NCBI RefSeq assembly: GCF_018350175.1
Contig: NC_058368.1
Span: forward strand, 59,336,001-59,400,000
DNA length: 64,000 nt
DNA from: Felis catus
Taxonomy: Eukaryota
Direction of reading: 5' to 3'
In this document: piece after piece, positions 25,902 through 39,117 of the stretch
Layout of the letters: the number at the start of each line of letters is the position of its first letter
Numbering within the stretch: the stretch's first letter is position 1
Position numbers and translations under genes: made by a program
Notes under the pieces: generated by a model
The model's database searches: none
Seen by the model: the letters and a program-made list of their open reading frames with translations, nothing else
What the model was told of the DNA's origin: nothing

Positions 25902-28900
25902 TACTAACGTTCTGTTGTGGAAGAAGTTCAGGTAAAGTATAGATTTTTTTTCCCAGCATCATGTAATTATTAAATTGTTGAACTACAATTTATAACATAT
26001 TAGTCTTTGTTATCCTTAAGAGAGAAATTCAAAATACATTGGAAAAACAAGGTATAATTTTAGTTCTCTTTTAAGCATACACTCAAGATGTGGGAAATAA
26101 TGTGCATTTATGGTATACCTTATCGTAGGAATCCAGAAATCCTGCGTCTAACTTTATGCTCCATCAACAGGGTGTTGAGAACTTCATCTTATGGACTGAG
26201 ATTACTTCCTAGCCACAAATAAGCCTTTCAAGCTTTTAGAAGAAAGTGGAAGTGTACTCTCTTTAAATATACATTCTGAAATTTGAACTCACCACTGACA
26301 TTCTTTGTTTACAAAACCACACTTTGGAGCAAGAGACTACAAAATGTCCTGTAGCTAGGTTTTTTGCATTCAATTAAATGCTAGTCATTACATTATAGGG
26401 ATAGAAGAGTATTCTAGATTCTGGAAGAACCAGCTATCTGTGCCAGAGATACTGAAGTACTGGCTCCTGAATCAAGAGTTGATGATGTAAAAGGGCTTCA
26501 ACAAGTCTAGTTCTAGAACAAAAGAAAATGCCAAACAATTGTTTTTAGTTACTTAATGCTATAAGTCTAAAACACATGTAAATAGTTGTTTATTTACCTA
26601 AATATTCAATTCATCTTAGATGCAACTAATGCACGTCACCAGTTTTTTTTCTCAAACTATAAGGATTTAACAGTGAAACAGCTAACATTCTTGTGTTCAT
26701 AGCATATAAATATTACAACAGAAAATCTGAAGTTAGTTTAGTTCATATATACATACACAAATATACATACATTGGGAATGCATAAGTGGATAACTTTTGA
26801 CTAAAGATTTTACAGTGTGTTCCTCATACAAAGACTGTGGCATATTAAATTATGTTATTGGTTATTTTCTTCTGAATTTCGCCATATTTTTATCTAAATC
26901 ATACGTACATAAATAGGTTTTTTTATGCTGAGCTAAATAACAGCATTGGATGTATTGTAGTTAAAAACAGTTCCTACACCTGCTGTGAACTGAATACTTA
27001 TGTGTATTTGGAGCAAAAATTACTGCCTTTGTTGAATGTCCTACATATAATACTTAAAAATCATAGGAATAGTATATTTTTAAGGAACAGCAATGATTCA
27101 TATTAAAATTTTATATAACACATTTCTATCACTCACTCTATGAAATTTACGTACTTATTTTATCTTAGATTAAGTTTAGCAGTTTTCAGTGCTCCTAACA
27201 AATCAAATATGCCAGTTATGTGGTTCATTAAATCAAACATAAAAAAAATGTTTATTTAAAAAAAAAGATTTAGGCATTTCTAATTTTTAGGCATTTCTAA
27301 TTTAGGCATCTGAATTTTAAGATGCTTCTTGTTTTAATTTAAGAAAACTCTCATCATAAAATGAGGCCCTCCTAAAATGTGACTGATATTGTTTTAAGGA
27401 GGATAAATGTGCCTCCAGGCAATGGTCCTGGCTAATCTTTGTCTTCTATTATTTGCCTCTAATATCAATGTCATCTTAAAATTTCAAATCTAAAATCAAC
27501 ATTTTGATAAATTTATCAGATACATAGCTAAATAATAGACAAAATCTAAAACATATTCCCCAAATACTATTTTTGCATTATCTTTTTCATTTTAAACAAT
27601 ATACAAATCATTTCAAATTATTAAAAAGTAAATGTTCAGGCATCCTTAATCTTATAATTACTTAAGGGAATAAAGTTAGTGTCTATTGGAAAACTACATA
27701 TAAAATATTAAATTTTCAATTAAGTAACAAAAGTATGAGGAATACGAATTGAATGGCAATTAGAAATGTATTATTTTGAACCCATTTATAAAATAGTAAC
27801 TGTCAATTACTAGTGGATAACTGAAAATCTTTTATATAAAATATAATTGAATCATAAACTAATATATTTCATAAAGATGAAAGGCATTCAATTTTTTCCT
27901 GTATATTTATGTTAAATTATAACGCCTTTTTCTTAGAAGTTAATACAAGCAGCAGTTGCCTTCTGACAAGTGAACCAGTTTCCTTTTTAGTTCATGATTA
28001 TTCTGCTCCCACACACATAGGGTGTGTTTAATATGAAATGAATAACCAAATTGTATAATAATGATTCTTAAAGCAAGATTATAGTATAAAAATCAAATAG
28101 GTGTAATGAATGGGGTCATCCATTTTTTCCTTTTAAAACAAGACATCATGTTTTACTCACTAAATGTACCAAGAATTACTGTGCTCAAATTTGGGATAGA
28201 CAATTATAATATTGCCTGTGAATTTAATCTGAGCAATTACTTACATAAACCAAATTATTTGAAATTTGCAGTCACTTTTGCTATCTAAAGGCTGGTAGTA
28301 TGTCTAAAATGTTTGCTTGTTAATAGTATTTCTGGTTAATGAGTGTTTCCAACTATTTTTTAGCACATTTATCAATCATATCTTGAAAATTCAAACTAAA
28401 CCTATTTTCAGAAAAATGAATATGTGAGCAGAATTAAAAAGTGCTGGCATAGGTGCATAGATAAGAAAAAAACCTGACATGGTTGAATTGGCTGGCATAT
28501 GGACATAAAGTCTGGTAAAAAAAGATTCTTGCTCTGATTAATTCTGTGTATATGCTTGATCACCTGATGCTTGATGGATCTGACAGAACAATTCAATTTT
28601 CATTCTTCTGAGTGACTCTGTAAAATCACTGCCAAACTGAATTAATTTGTTAAAATTGTGTACACCATAGTTAACAATAGCATGGATAACAGTGAAACAG
28701 TATTTTCTTACTAGAAACTTTGTATAGTAAATGTCATAATGGAGTATAAATAATGACAAAGATAACTATTATATCTTAACAGAGTTGAGTAAACATACTT
28801 AACTTCAGATATTTAACAATGAAATAGGTTGTTGTCATGCCTTAGTGTATAGACAGATAGTTGATTTATAGCAACAAGGTCTGAACTGAGGTATAATTTT

Positions 28901-29015
28901 ATTTTGACTGTAAAGATATGATCTAATTTTTGTATTTTTTGAGTTAGAAATAATTTAACCCAGTAGAGAGACTATTGATGTATTTTAGATCTTCAGGGAT
29001 ATATACATATAAATG

Positions 29016-29360
29016 TGTAAATCGCTTCAGATGCTTCTGTAGAACTTTGTGTCAAAATGTAAAGTGGAAAATTGTGCACTTCATCACACATGTATCCCAT
29101 GTACACTTTATCACATAAATATCCCAAACACAGATGAAATATATACATACACATACATGCTTTAATGTATAGTGTTCATATAAGGCATATACATATACTT
29201 GCATGCATATGTGTATATATATCATTTGTGTGTGAGATATATACATAGGATTATACATACATGATACAGTATATAAGGGATACATGTATGATAGTGTACA
29301 ATTTTCACTTATTCTGTACTTTGACACAAAGTTTTGTAGAAGCATCAGAAAGGATTTATA
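29016..29360. repeat. Long imperfect inverted repeat (palindrome)
   Basis: gatgcttctgtagaactttgtgtcaaa..gaaaattgtgcact..acatgtatccc pairs with gggatacatgt..agtgtacaattttc..tttgacacaaagttttgtagaagcatc. Confidence 0.92.
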
Positions 29361-29639
29361 TTGTGGACAAGAAGAAGATGGATGGTACAAAGCCAATCAG
29401 TGCACATTCTGGTTCAAAGAGGAGAGTTCCACAATGATTTATATACTCAAATAACAGCTTAATTTGATTAAGTTACTCTGCTTTGAAAATTTAAAACCAT
29501 AAGTGGTATGCAAAAAGAAAACAAATATACTCGAATTACCTTCCTGGGGTGCCTACTCATTGGTCATGTCTTAGAGAAGAACAAGTTTGATAATGTGCTT
29601 ATTTTTCCAGGTTGTCCTGCATAATCAAATGTGTAATCA

Positions 29640-30560
29640 CAGTTATCCTTAAATTTTCCTCTTTCATGTTCCAAGTTCAATTGACTGCCAAGTTTGTGAA
29701 TCTTCTTCTTGAATATCTTCTGCATCAATTATTTCCTTCCATGCTCTGTGCCACACATTAATTAAAGGCCTCATGATTTTGCCAAATTATTCTAACAGCC
29801 TCTGACAAGTCTTCATAAATTAATCCTTTACAGTGCAAAAATATCCAACATGCAAATCTATTCATATGAGTTCTCTATTTAAAATCTTCTAAGACATCTT
29901 ATTGACTACATGATAATATTATTTGATGCAGCATATGAAATACGAAACTTTTTACGTTCTGATCCTTCAGTGTTCAACTTTACATCTGCTAACGTCTCAT
30001 GTATTCTACATCGTTCAAACATTTTAAATGGTTATTTATTTTTGGGGGAGAGAGAGAGAGAGAGCGAGCGAGCGAGCATGTCATGTGTGCAAGTCGGGGA
30101 GGGGCAGAGAAAGAGAGGGACAGAGGATCTAAAGCAGGCTCTGCGCTGACAGATTGTGAGATCATGATCTCACAAACCGTGAGATGAAGTTGAACACTTA
30201 ACCAACTGAGCCACCCAGATGCCCCTTAAATGACTGTGATCCTTAAAAGTCACCCCTGCAAAAATGGTTCCCACATTCTACATTCTTGTTTCTCATTAGT
30301 TGTCAAATGAGCTATCCTGCTTATCCGTGAAAATATTCCTCAAATGACACTTGTTTATGAAACCCCCACCCTTTTTCTATGCTATTAGATCACCCCTACA
30401 ACATTTTAGTCATATTTCAGTGGTATCTTTTTTTATACTGAATCATAATAATTTTCAAATATATTTAAATGCATGCTACTAATAGCCATTTCTTTCTGGG
30501 TAAGAGCTTAGTCTGATTCATCTTTGAATCCTTAGAACAGGCTGACATCCCTTGCAAATT
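29640..30560 (+). mobile_element. L2 remnants around a SINE
   Basis: caattgactgccaagt, tctaacagcctctgacaagtctt, ttagtctgattcatctttgaatcc. Confidence 0.5.
30022..30225 (-). mobile_element. CanSINE
   Basis: (GA)n, aagcaggctctgcgctgacag, gagccacccagatgcccc. Confidence 0.93.
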
Positions 30561-31829
30561 TTCTGCATTTTAGTGAAGAAAGAGAGAGGGGAAATTAATA
30601 CTTGTAAATGTGCCCTTCTGTTTAGAAAATTTAATTATAATTATCTACTGAGTGTATGCTTATGCATATACATACATAAATTTATGTCAGTATGATGTGG
30701 TATGTATTTCAAGATGATTTTTTCTATATTTTTGTTAGTTTTTTAGTAAAATCAAGTGTGGTTTCTCTATCAAATATTTTTCAGTTTTCCTATAATGGTT
30801 AAGCTGTAGCATTTTTATTTTCCTCTCAATGGTCTTAGATATTAAAATGTTAATATCCATTACGTCTCTAGATAGTGTTTTCCCTTTGTCCATTTAGCAA
30901 GACGCTTATTTTTCTTATCAAATATCAATTGAGAAGCTGTCACTTGCTTTCTAAAATTAAACTCATTATCATTTGCCTTCAAGAGGATCTCTGAAATACT
31001 TCAAATCTATTATCACATTGCTAGAGGTTTCCACATTATAGATCTTTCAATGATCATTTAAAATAATGTTACATTAAACTAAATTGACTCTCCTCTGACA
31101 TAAAAAACACAGGTTGTATTACTGACTGATACATATTTAGAGAAGAAATGTCTGGGTGTCATTTCGTATATTATAAAAAGATTATATTGAGTTATAAGAA
31201 AAATCCTGTCTGTACTACAGAAACTGATTTTGTAGATATTTATTTTTTTACAAAATAGATTTGTAATGTAGTTTCAAAAAATGGTAGCAAAACTCATCAG
31301 CTTATGGTGAACAAAAAATTTTTCATTTATTAAATATTTACCTCATTAGTAAAATATGTATATACAAGATCTGCATTTCATATATAAATTTATTTTATAT
31401 ATATGTACATTCACATATGCACATATAACAGAAGGTACTAGAAAAACATTTAGGGAACAAAAAACATAATGTAAAATTTGAAATATTTCCTTAAAAGATA
31501 AGGAACATTGTGAATAATACACAATGTAATTTAGAATTTATGATTAGTTTAATTAAAAGTTTTTTATATCAGATTTTGTGCCTAAATACAATTGTTTGGT
31601 AAGATTAAGTAAATTGTATCTTCAAAACATCACTTGAGTTAATTTAAAGTACTAAACTATTTTGGTAATGGAAGTATGAACCCCCTTGTGCTCTATACAT
31701 TCATGGTATATTAATGCTTGTGATTCACTGAAGGGTAAAGGTATACAACATAAAATTATAGTGTGTTTTATAAGATATATTTTCAGAGCAGCTGTAAAAA
31801 ATATGAGAATATATGTTGTTATTGCAAAG

Positions 31830-31929
31830 ACCCACATAGAGCCTGATGCAGGAATCAAGCTCACGAACAGTGAGATCATGACTTGAGCCGAAGTCTGGTG
31901 CTTAACCAACTGAGCCACCCAGGCACCCC
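31830..31929 (-). mobile_element. CanSINE 5' half only
   Basis: agagcctgatgcagg...gagccacccaggcacccc; no (CT)n or tail. Confidence 0.9.
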
Positions 31930-32858
31930 GAATTTCTGAATTTTTAAATGGAAATGGTTGGTGTTGAGCAATAAGAATTCAGAAAAACTACTAATATATT
32001 AAACAATCTTAAACATTCTTTTAATAAATATTTATGGAACACCTTTTATGAGTTTGGCATTTTTTAATAGTTTGTCGTTTTGAAAAGAATATAACACTGA
32101 CTACAGGAAGTTGAAAAGTATGACCAAAGCTATACTACAGTGTGATATCTGTCATAAACTAGTGGTATAAATAAAGTTCCATCAAAGCATTGAGGAAAGA
32201 GGGCTTAATTCTGTTTCTTAGAGAATTTAGGAAGAATTTGGTGGTGTTGAAGTGGATTTTGAAGATGAGAAGTTCTTAGCCTAGAGAGGAAAAAAAGGAA
32301 CCAATTTAGGTAGAAAGAAAAACATTATCAGTTTGTCAAATGAAAGAATAAACTTCTTTACTGACAGTTGATTTTTCTTTAAATATTTATATACCACATG
32401 AACACTAAACATAAATTTCTCCAGTATTTAAATATATTTGAAAACTTAAAAATCTCTAAAGAGTACTAAAATCATACCTAAGATTGTTGATTCACTAAAT
32501 GTTTTAAACCTGTGAAACAAAAACAGACATGAAATGTTACAACGAATACAAATCTGTAACCCTGCAATAATGTCATTAACAGAATGTAAGTATCAGGGAT
32601 TTAATTCACTAATTTTTGGATTGTTCTTTTATGGAGTAAAGTGTACTTTGTTATATATTTTTGGTTTTTGTTTATTGTACCTACTTTCATATTTCTACAA
32701 ATAAAAAATAAAGTAAAACAAAAAATAGCAGACAATACAGAATCTGATTTATTTTTCATAAGGTCTGCTCCAGTCACAGGTACTTGCTGTTCAGCTCAAG
32801 GGCATTCTGAGGACTCTTTTGTTACAAAATTTTGTTACATAGTTGGATACTTTCATCC

Positions 32859-32860
32859 TA

Positions 32861-32903
<43 letters not shown>
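32859..32903. repeat. (TATC)n microsatellite
   Basis: About 11 units. Confidence 0.95.
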
Positions 32904-32904
<1 letters not shown>

Positions 32905-33440
32905 CATCATCTTCTATCATCTATCTCTTTAAAACTTTATTTTGAATGCACATATTCTTCATTAATATTTTATTATAATTAGTAGAACTACCAGGAATTT
33001 TCATCTTTTATGAAATAACGGGTTCAGTTTGCACGATTACTTTTAGGATATTTTGTTAATGAATTATTAAGTGAACATGCTATCAAGTTCATATTTTATA
33101 TGACCATATTAGTTTCTGCATATTTATTGTATGATCTCTTATTTAACCATTTTCTACTTATGCGACAAACGAGAACATATTGAAACTTATAAACTAGATT
33201 TTACAAAGGAAACAAAACCACACTAACATTTTACTGCTTAAATAAAATCAAATAAATATATATAATAATAAACAGCCTTCTGTTTTATAACTGCCTTATG
33301 TGTATGCTGTAAATTGACATATATCTATAAAATATTGTGTATTCATGAGGTTTTACCAAGTTACTTGTTCTGATTTGCATTATTATCATTATTATTTGAT
33401 GTTCCAAATATTACAGTTTATGGGAAAAAAATCAGCAGTC

Positions 33441-33652
33441 TTTTTTTTTTAAGTCTATTTATTTATTTTGAGAGGGATAGACAGTGAGTAGGGGAGGGGG
33501 CAGAGAGAGAGAGGAAGAGAGAATATCCCAAGCAGGCTCTCCGCTGTCAGCACAGAGCCCAACGTGGGATCCGAACTCATGAACTGTGAGATCATAACCC
33601 TAGCCAAAACCAAGAGGCCAACACTAAACTGGCTGAGCCACCCTGGCACCTC
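33441..33652 (-). mobile_element. CanSINE (older)
   Basis: TSD agcagtctt; cccaagcaggctctccgctgtcagc. Confidence 0.94.
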
Positions 33653-34419
33653 CTTAGCAGTCTTCTTGATCTTATCATTGCCTTTTGTTTTTTCTCAAAG
33701 CATCTTTAGTTCTGGTGATAATAGTATGTTTCAGATCCATGTTGATTTTTCTTGTCCCAGGGCATAAGATCAACTACTGTTCACTGATTCCTTGTTTCCT
33801 TAACTACCAATTATTTTAGGGATCAAATTCTTAAATCTAATGGTGCTTCTGAGTTTGACAGTGGGCAAAATGTTTTGCAGTTACTACTTGTTTACCTCAA
33901 CATTGGCAGAACATGAAAGTACGTATTTTAAGGTAATGTATTCACAATGAATTTTTCCCATTTGAACTCCATTTCCTGCAGTAAATTGTTGTATCACCCA
34001 TTAAGATTTCTTCTAAAGAGTTCTGAAGTCAACTTAAGCTGAGAAACGTATAATGATAGGAGTTAGGGAAAGGAGGAGTTTAAATAGAAGAATAGTACTT
34101 TTAAAGCACAGTGTATTTAAAGAAAAGTATTTTTTAGGGGGAAATTTCATGAATTGAGGCTTGTAAATATATAGGGGGATAATATGGCCTTTTTTTGTTC
34201 ATTTCAAAAAATATATGGTTTTGTTTGTATTGCTTTGTGAGTTACGTATGTTTTAAATTTTTCTTTTAATTTTGTTTTTGTTCTTGCACTTCTTTCCAGG
34301 GGCATTGGTAATTGATTAACAGGGAGGTGGCAGAAACAGATATTGTTTCAAAGTTTCACTTTAATTACTGAGTAGACTGGCCAGTAACTGGCAAGTAGTG
34401 AAAAGTTAGTATGTTTGCA

Positions 34420-35430
34420 TAGTTAAGGAGATGTGTTGGCTTGCACCAGAGTGGTGGCAATATTTAGAAGGGAAATGCAAAGTAATTTTGCATTTAATTG
34501 GGAAAGTGGTCAGAAAGGGGGAAAAAATGAAGTGTGAAGGATCAAGACCAAATTTAAACCTTCTTGAACTGAATAGATTCTGACACATTTACAGAAAACA
34601 CTGGAAGAGGGGGAAGATTTTGTTTTGTCTTTTTATTATTAATATTGGTAACTTTGAGATATGTTTAAATTAGAACTGTCATTTTGATTGTTTGCCTCAT
34701 GATGCACTGTAATTCGATTTATTAGGACTTGAAGAAACTGAATCCTAAAGGACAGTAAGCACGTAGTTTACCAGAAGTGATACGTTTTGACATTTTAAAG
34801 GAAGGGAAAAGATTCTGAGTACAGTTCTGAACACGTTACTCATTTGAGGTGCCTGTGAGATATTCATTTGAGGGTATCCAAGAGGCTCTTTATTATATAG
34901 GTCTGAATCATAGAGAAAAATTCCCAGCAGAAGTTACACATCTAGAATTAATGAGTTAGAGATGATAAAGACTTATGAGCTGTTTAGATCACCTAAGCAG
35001 TCATTCAGAGAGCAAGGGGGATGAGCATTTAGCTTTGACACAAGGGAGGGCAGATCAATAAAAGACACAGAAGGAACAGTCACTGAAGCAGGAGGGAGCC
35101 TGGAGGCTTTGTGCTCCAGAAGCAAGGAGGGTTCCAGAAGCAAGAGAAAGGAGGGTTCTCAAAAGTGAATGAGTAATCAACAGGATTAAATGCTGTTGCA
35201 ACCTGCAGTAGATGTGGTATGAACTGGATCAATTAAAATATGACGGTCATTGGTGATTATGGCAAAATTTCCTTTTATGAAGTATTGGGGGCAAAATTGA
35301 GAACAACTTTACTTGAGAAATGATTAGAATGTAAAACACGAGATACAATCTGTAGAAGTTACTTTTTCTGGGAAAGAGAAATAACATGGTATGGTAGCTA
35401 CTAAAAGGAAACTAGGATTGAAGGAAAATT
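34420..35430 (-). mobile_element. L2 remnant interrupted at 34621-34800
   Basis: ggcttgcaccagagtggtggca, aacactggaagagg, tttgaggtgcctgtgagatattc, aaatgctgttg. Confidence 0.65.
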
Positions 35431-35588
35431 CTGTTTTGTCTTTTTATTAACATTGGTGGCTTGATGTTCACATCAACATATACTGTAATTTGATTTATGA
35501 GCACTTCTGGAAGGAACTGAATCCTAAAGGATACTTAATCAGAAAGAATCACATAGTTTATCAGAAGTGATAGGTTTTGACATTTTAA

Positions 35589-35792
35589 TTTTTTATTTTT
35601 TTTTAAGCTTTATTTATTTTGAGAGAGAGAGAGTGCGTCAGCTGGGGAGGGGCAGAGAGGGAGAGAGAATCCATATCATGCTGCATGTTAGTGCAGAGCC
35701 CAATGCTGGGCTGGATCTCACAAGCATGAGATCATGACCTGAACGTAAATCAAGCATCTGATGGTTAACTGACTGAGCCACTCAGGTGCTCC
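35589..35792 (-). mobile_element. CanSINE (older)
   Basis: TSD aggttttg(a)cattttaa. Confidence 0.92.
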
Positions 35793-38059
35793 AGGTTTTG
35801 CATTTTAAATGACGGGAATATTATACAAAAAAGGTGTGAAATATGGTCTGTTTATGAAATTAAAAACCATTTTGTTTGTTCATGGTATATATAACTATAA
35901 TATTATAACAAATACCTTTATAAATTACCCAGAAGTGTGGAAATATGTTGAAGGTTAACAGAAAACATTGGATGATATGTTTTAGATTATATGATTTTAA
36001 TATATATCATTTATCTGGAAAACAGTATATTCACATCTTTATGAGTAATTAAATGAAGTTTCCCTTTAGTAATATTTTCATCCACTTATGTGAGTACAAT
36101 GCTGAAACGGATAAATATTTTAACAAGTGATATCCAATATCTTTTACTAAATTGGTTTTATTTCCTTTACTGAGAAAAGAGGTAATGAGAGGCTGTGTTG
36201 TAGACAAAGGCAGTGTCAAGAAAAAGACAGATGATCATCACCCAGAAAACAAGTGGACATTTTCTTGTTGAGCTTTTGTCTCTTCTGTCAGGGAAATCCC
36301 TCTGGGGTTTCAGGCTTTCAAAACATTTGACACAATATTTTGGAAATGACTAACACTGTTGCAGAACACAGTATAAAATATGAGACTATTTTTATGTAAG
36401 TTTCCAGTTTCCAATTCTGTATCACTGTTCACTTTATTTACTCGAAATATGAAGATTGCTACTTGATTTAAGTATTCCTCCAAATAATAGTTTTGCTTTG
36501 AAAGTCAAACATGTCATTTTCATTTGGTTCTCTGACTGAATATATCAAAGTACTTGATTCATGATAAAATATGTTTTATTTATTTTCCATTATAGGAATT
36601 ATTTTGGATTTATTAAGTTTATCTGATGATTACTCAGTTTATCTCATAAAATGAAAATGTGTTAGGAAATTGGGTGATTATCTAAGGAAAGTTCTTTGAT
36701 ACTTTGGCTTCTGTCAAAACAAGTCAGTTCTATTTAAATTTTTTTTTGATAATTTATATTATTGATACTTTCTTAAATGTTTCTATAATTATTTTGGAGA
36801 TAAATATTTGCCAGTTAATCTACATAGTAAAAATAAAAGCTTTATACATGACAGGTTTGTAGAATGAATATTTTATTTTTTTAAATAATCATATCAGTGA
36901 AAACTAATACAGCTTTGTATTAGGGCACATGATGATAATTTGCATAATTTGTAGCCTGTCATTGGACCACTAAAATAAATGTAATCTTTGTGAATGCCAA
37001 AGAGTTAAGCACAAGTGAACACTTCTTAGCATCACTTTTAAAAATCCTAAAGCATTTAAAACTCATGTTTCACCTGTCATCTGTATTTATAGCTTGGTAA
37101 TTAATGAAAACTTTGCCTTTCCTATGAAATTATGAGCTCATAAACTTCAGATGCATTCCAATAGGAAAAGCTTGGTTAAAAAGGAGGGCATATTTGGCAG
37201 GTGCAGTGTCATTTCTGAGCTGACTTTTTATGAAAAAATCTTGCACAGTTAATGTTCTATGTCTAAAGGATCTGGGTAAGACTGTTAATGAGACTATAAT
37301 ATTTTAATTTGGTATTTGGAAATGATCAAGAGAGTAGAGAATGAGAAAATACTTGTTTATGGACAATAGAAGGATAGAAGCAAAGTGTAATTGTATCAAC
37401 TGTAGATCAACATGTTAGATCAGGTTGTAGGTGACTTTGAATTTCCTGGACTTAGTAATTTTTGGATAATATAAACAGTATAGTTTTGTATGGGCTATAT
37501 TTGTCTTGCAATATTATATTGATTGTTCAAGAATTATTGGAATCTGAAAAACTGGTTAGGAGGAAATGTTAATAATGCAAATGTGATATATTGAGGTTCA
37601 AAATCATTATGGAGACCAATAATTTGTAAGAATTGATAACCCTTAATTGGGTGGTTGTATTAAAGAGCATTGCATGGATAGCTAAAAAAAATTGAAGCTT
37701 ATAATAACTAAGCAAATGCAAGGATGGTGGTAATATTATGGATAAACAAGATTTTTGCTGACTGGGAAGTGTGGACATGAGCTAATTTTGGATAAAAGAA
37801 AATGTAAATAACAACAACCTGTATAACTATTGACAAGTACTTATTGAGCATCTACTGAAAATTCTAGCATGTTGTTGGCTCAGTGGAGGACAAAATATAT
37901 AAAATATATTTTTTAGACATAGTGAGGTTAGACAGAAATTAAATAGATTTAATTATTCAGTGATTAAGTGAATCTTGGCAAGGATCTGAATATTAAATAT
38001 GTTCATTTCCATGAGGTGCATCCAGCAGAGTAAGGGACATGAAGAAATGAAGAAAAAGT

Positions 38060-38478
38060 ACAGTAATATCTTTGTTTGCAAGCATAAGTCATTCTGGATA
38101 CATGCTTCTAATCCAAAGCACTTGTATATCAAAGCACATTTCCCCATAAAAAATAATGGAAACTCAGATGATTAATTCCACAACACAAAAATATTCATAT
38201 AAAAGTGATTACAATAGTATAATACAAAATAATAAAATACAAAATATAGAGAAAAATAAGCAAATTAGCCTGCAGTTACCTTTGAAAACCTTTGTGGCTG
38301 GTGTGAGGCAGACAAGGAGAGGAAGATTATTGTGTAGGACAGCTTTCACCATCAGTAACGGCGTCACTGCTATGTATTGGCTCATTGGAATCTTTCTTTT
38401 CCTCAAACTTTAATAAGGAACTTACCAATGACATTTGCTTTTGCCTCCTTTTGTGGATTTCGTGGAAATGTGACATTT
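38060..38478 (-). mobile_element. MER82 (Tigger family), part 1
   Basis: ta-cagtaa terminus, aatccaaagcacttgtatatcaaagc, ttacctttgaaaacctttgtggctggtgtgagg, gaaatgtgacatt. Confidence 0.8.
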
Positions 38479-39117
38479 TTTTAAAGAGTAATTTGTTTGA
38501 TTATTTTAAAAAGTAAAACCCATAACCAAAATTTAAAAGCAAATTCACACAACTGGAAATACAAATGCTCAACAATTTTACAGAGGGAACACTGATCAAG
38601 GACAGTAATAAGCAAAGAGTTAGAAGGTAAGACAGGATGCCACTTTCACCTGTTATCATTACGGGTGGGGTTTGTTTGCTTTGGTTTGGTTTTATGGTTT
38701 TTATTATTCGTGCGTCCCTTTGCTTTATTTATTTTTAGTTTTACTAACCTAAAGTAGCAGCAGAGTGAGAAGAAAAGACAAATTGAGAAGCTTTTGACAA
38801 TTTGGCACCGAGAGACCAGTCTAAGGGAGTCATTTGATGTACATAAAAACATGTTATTCCCAAAGTTGTTCATCACAGCATTATTTACAATACTAAAAAT
38901 TTGGAAATAAGCTAAATTTTCAATAATTTGAAAGAAGGTTAAGTAACTTCTGGTGAAAGTACACAACAAAATATATTACCACCATTATAAAGTATCTGCA
39001 GGCATTTGTAGTAGCCACATATGACACTTGGTGAAAAAAATAAGAATATAAAACTGCGTGATGAAACACATAGCATGAGCACAGCAATGTAAAACATTCA
39101 TATCCCAAAGAGGGCAA
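38479..39117 (+). mobile_element. Highly diverged L1ME-like segment lying inside MER82
   Basis: gatgccactttcacctg, gttcatcacagcattatttacaatactaaaaatttggaaataagctaaat. Confidence 0.6.

Noticed and set aside
29052..29396. 114-aa minus-strand ORF over the palindrome
   Set aside because: Y/C/V/I/H-rich composition from TA/CA repeats; no recognisable domain
34260..34320. Strong-looking splice acceptors (also 41850-41890)
   Set aside because: No convincing paired donor or recognisable peptide
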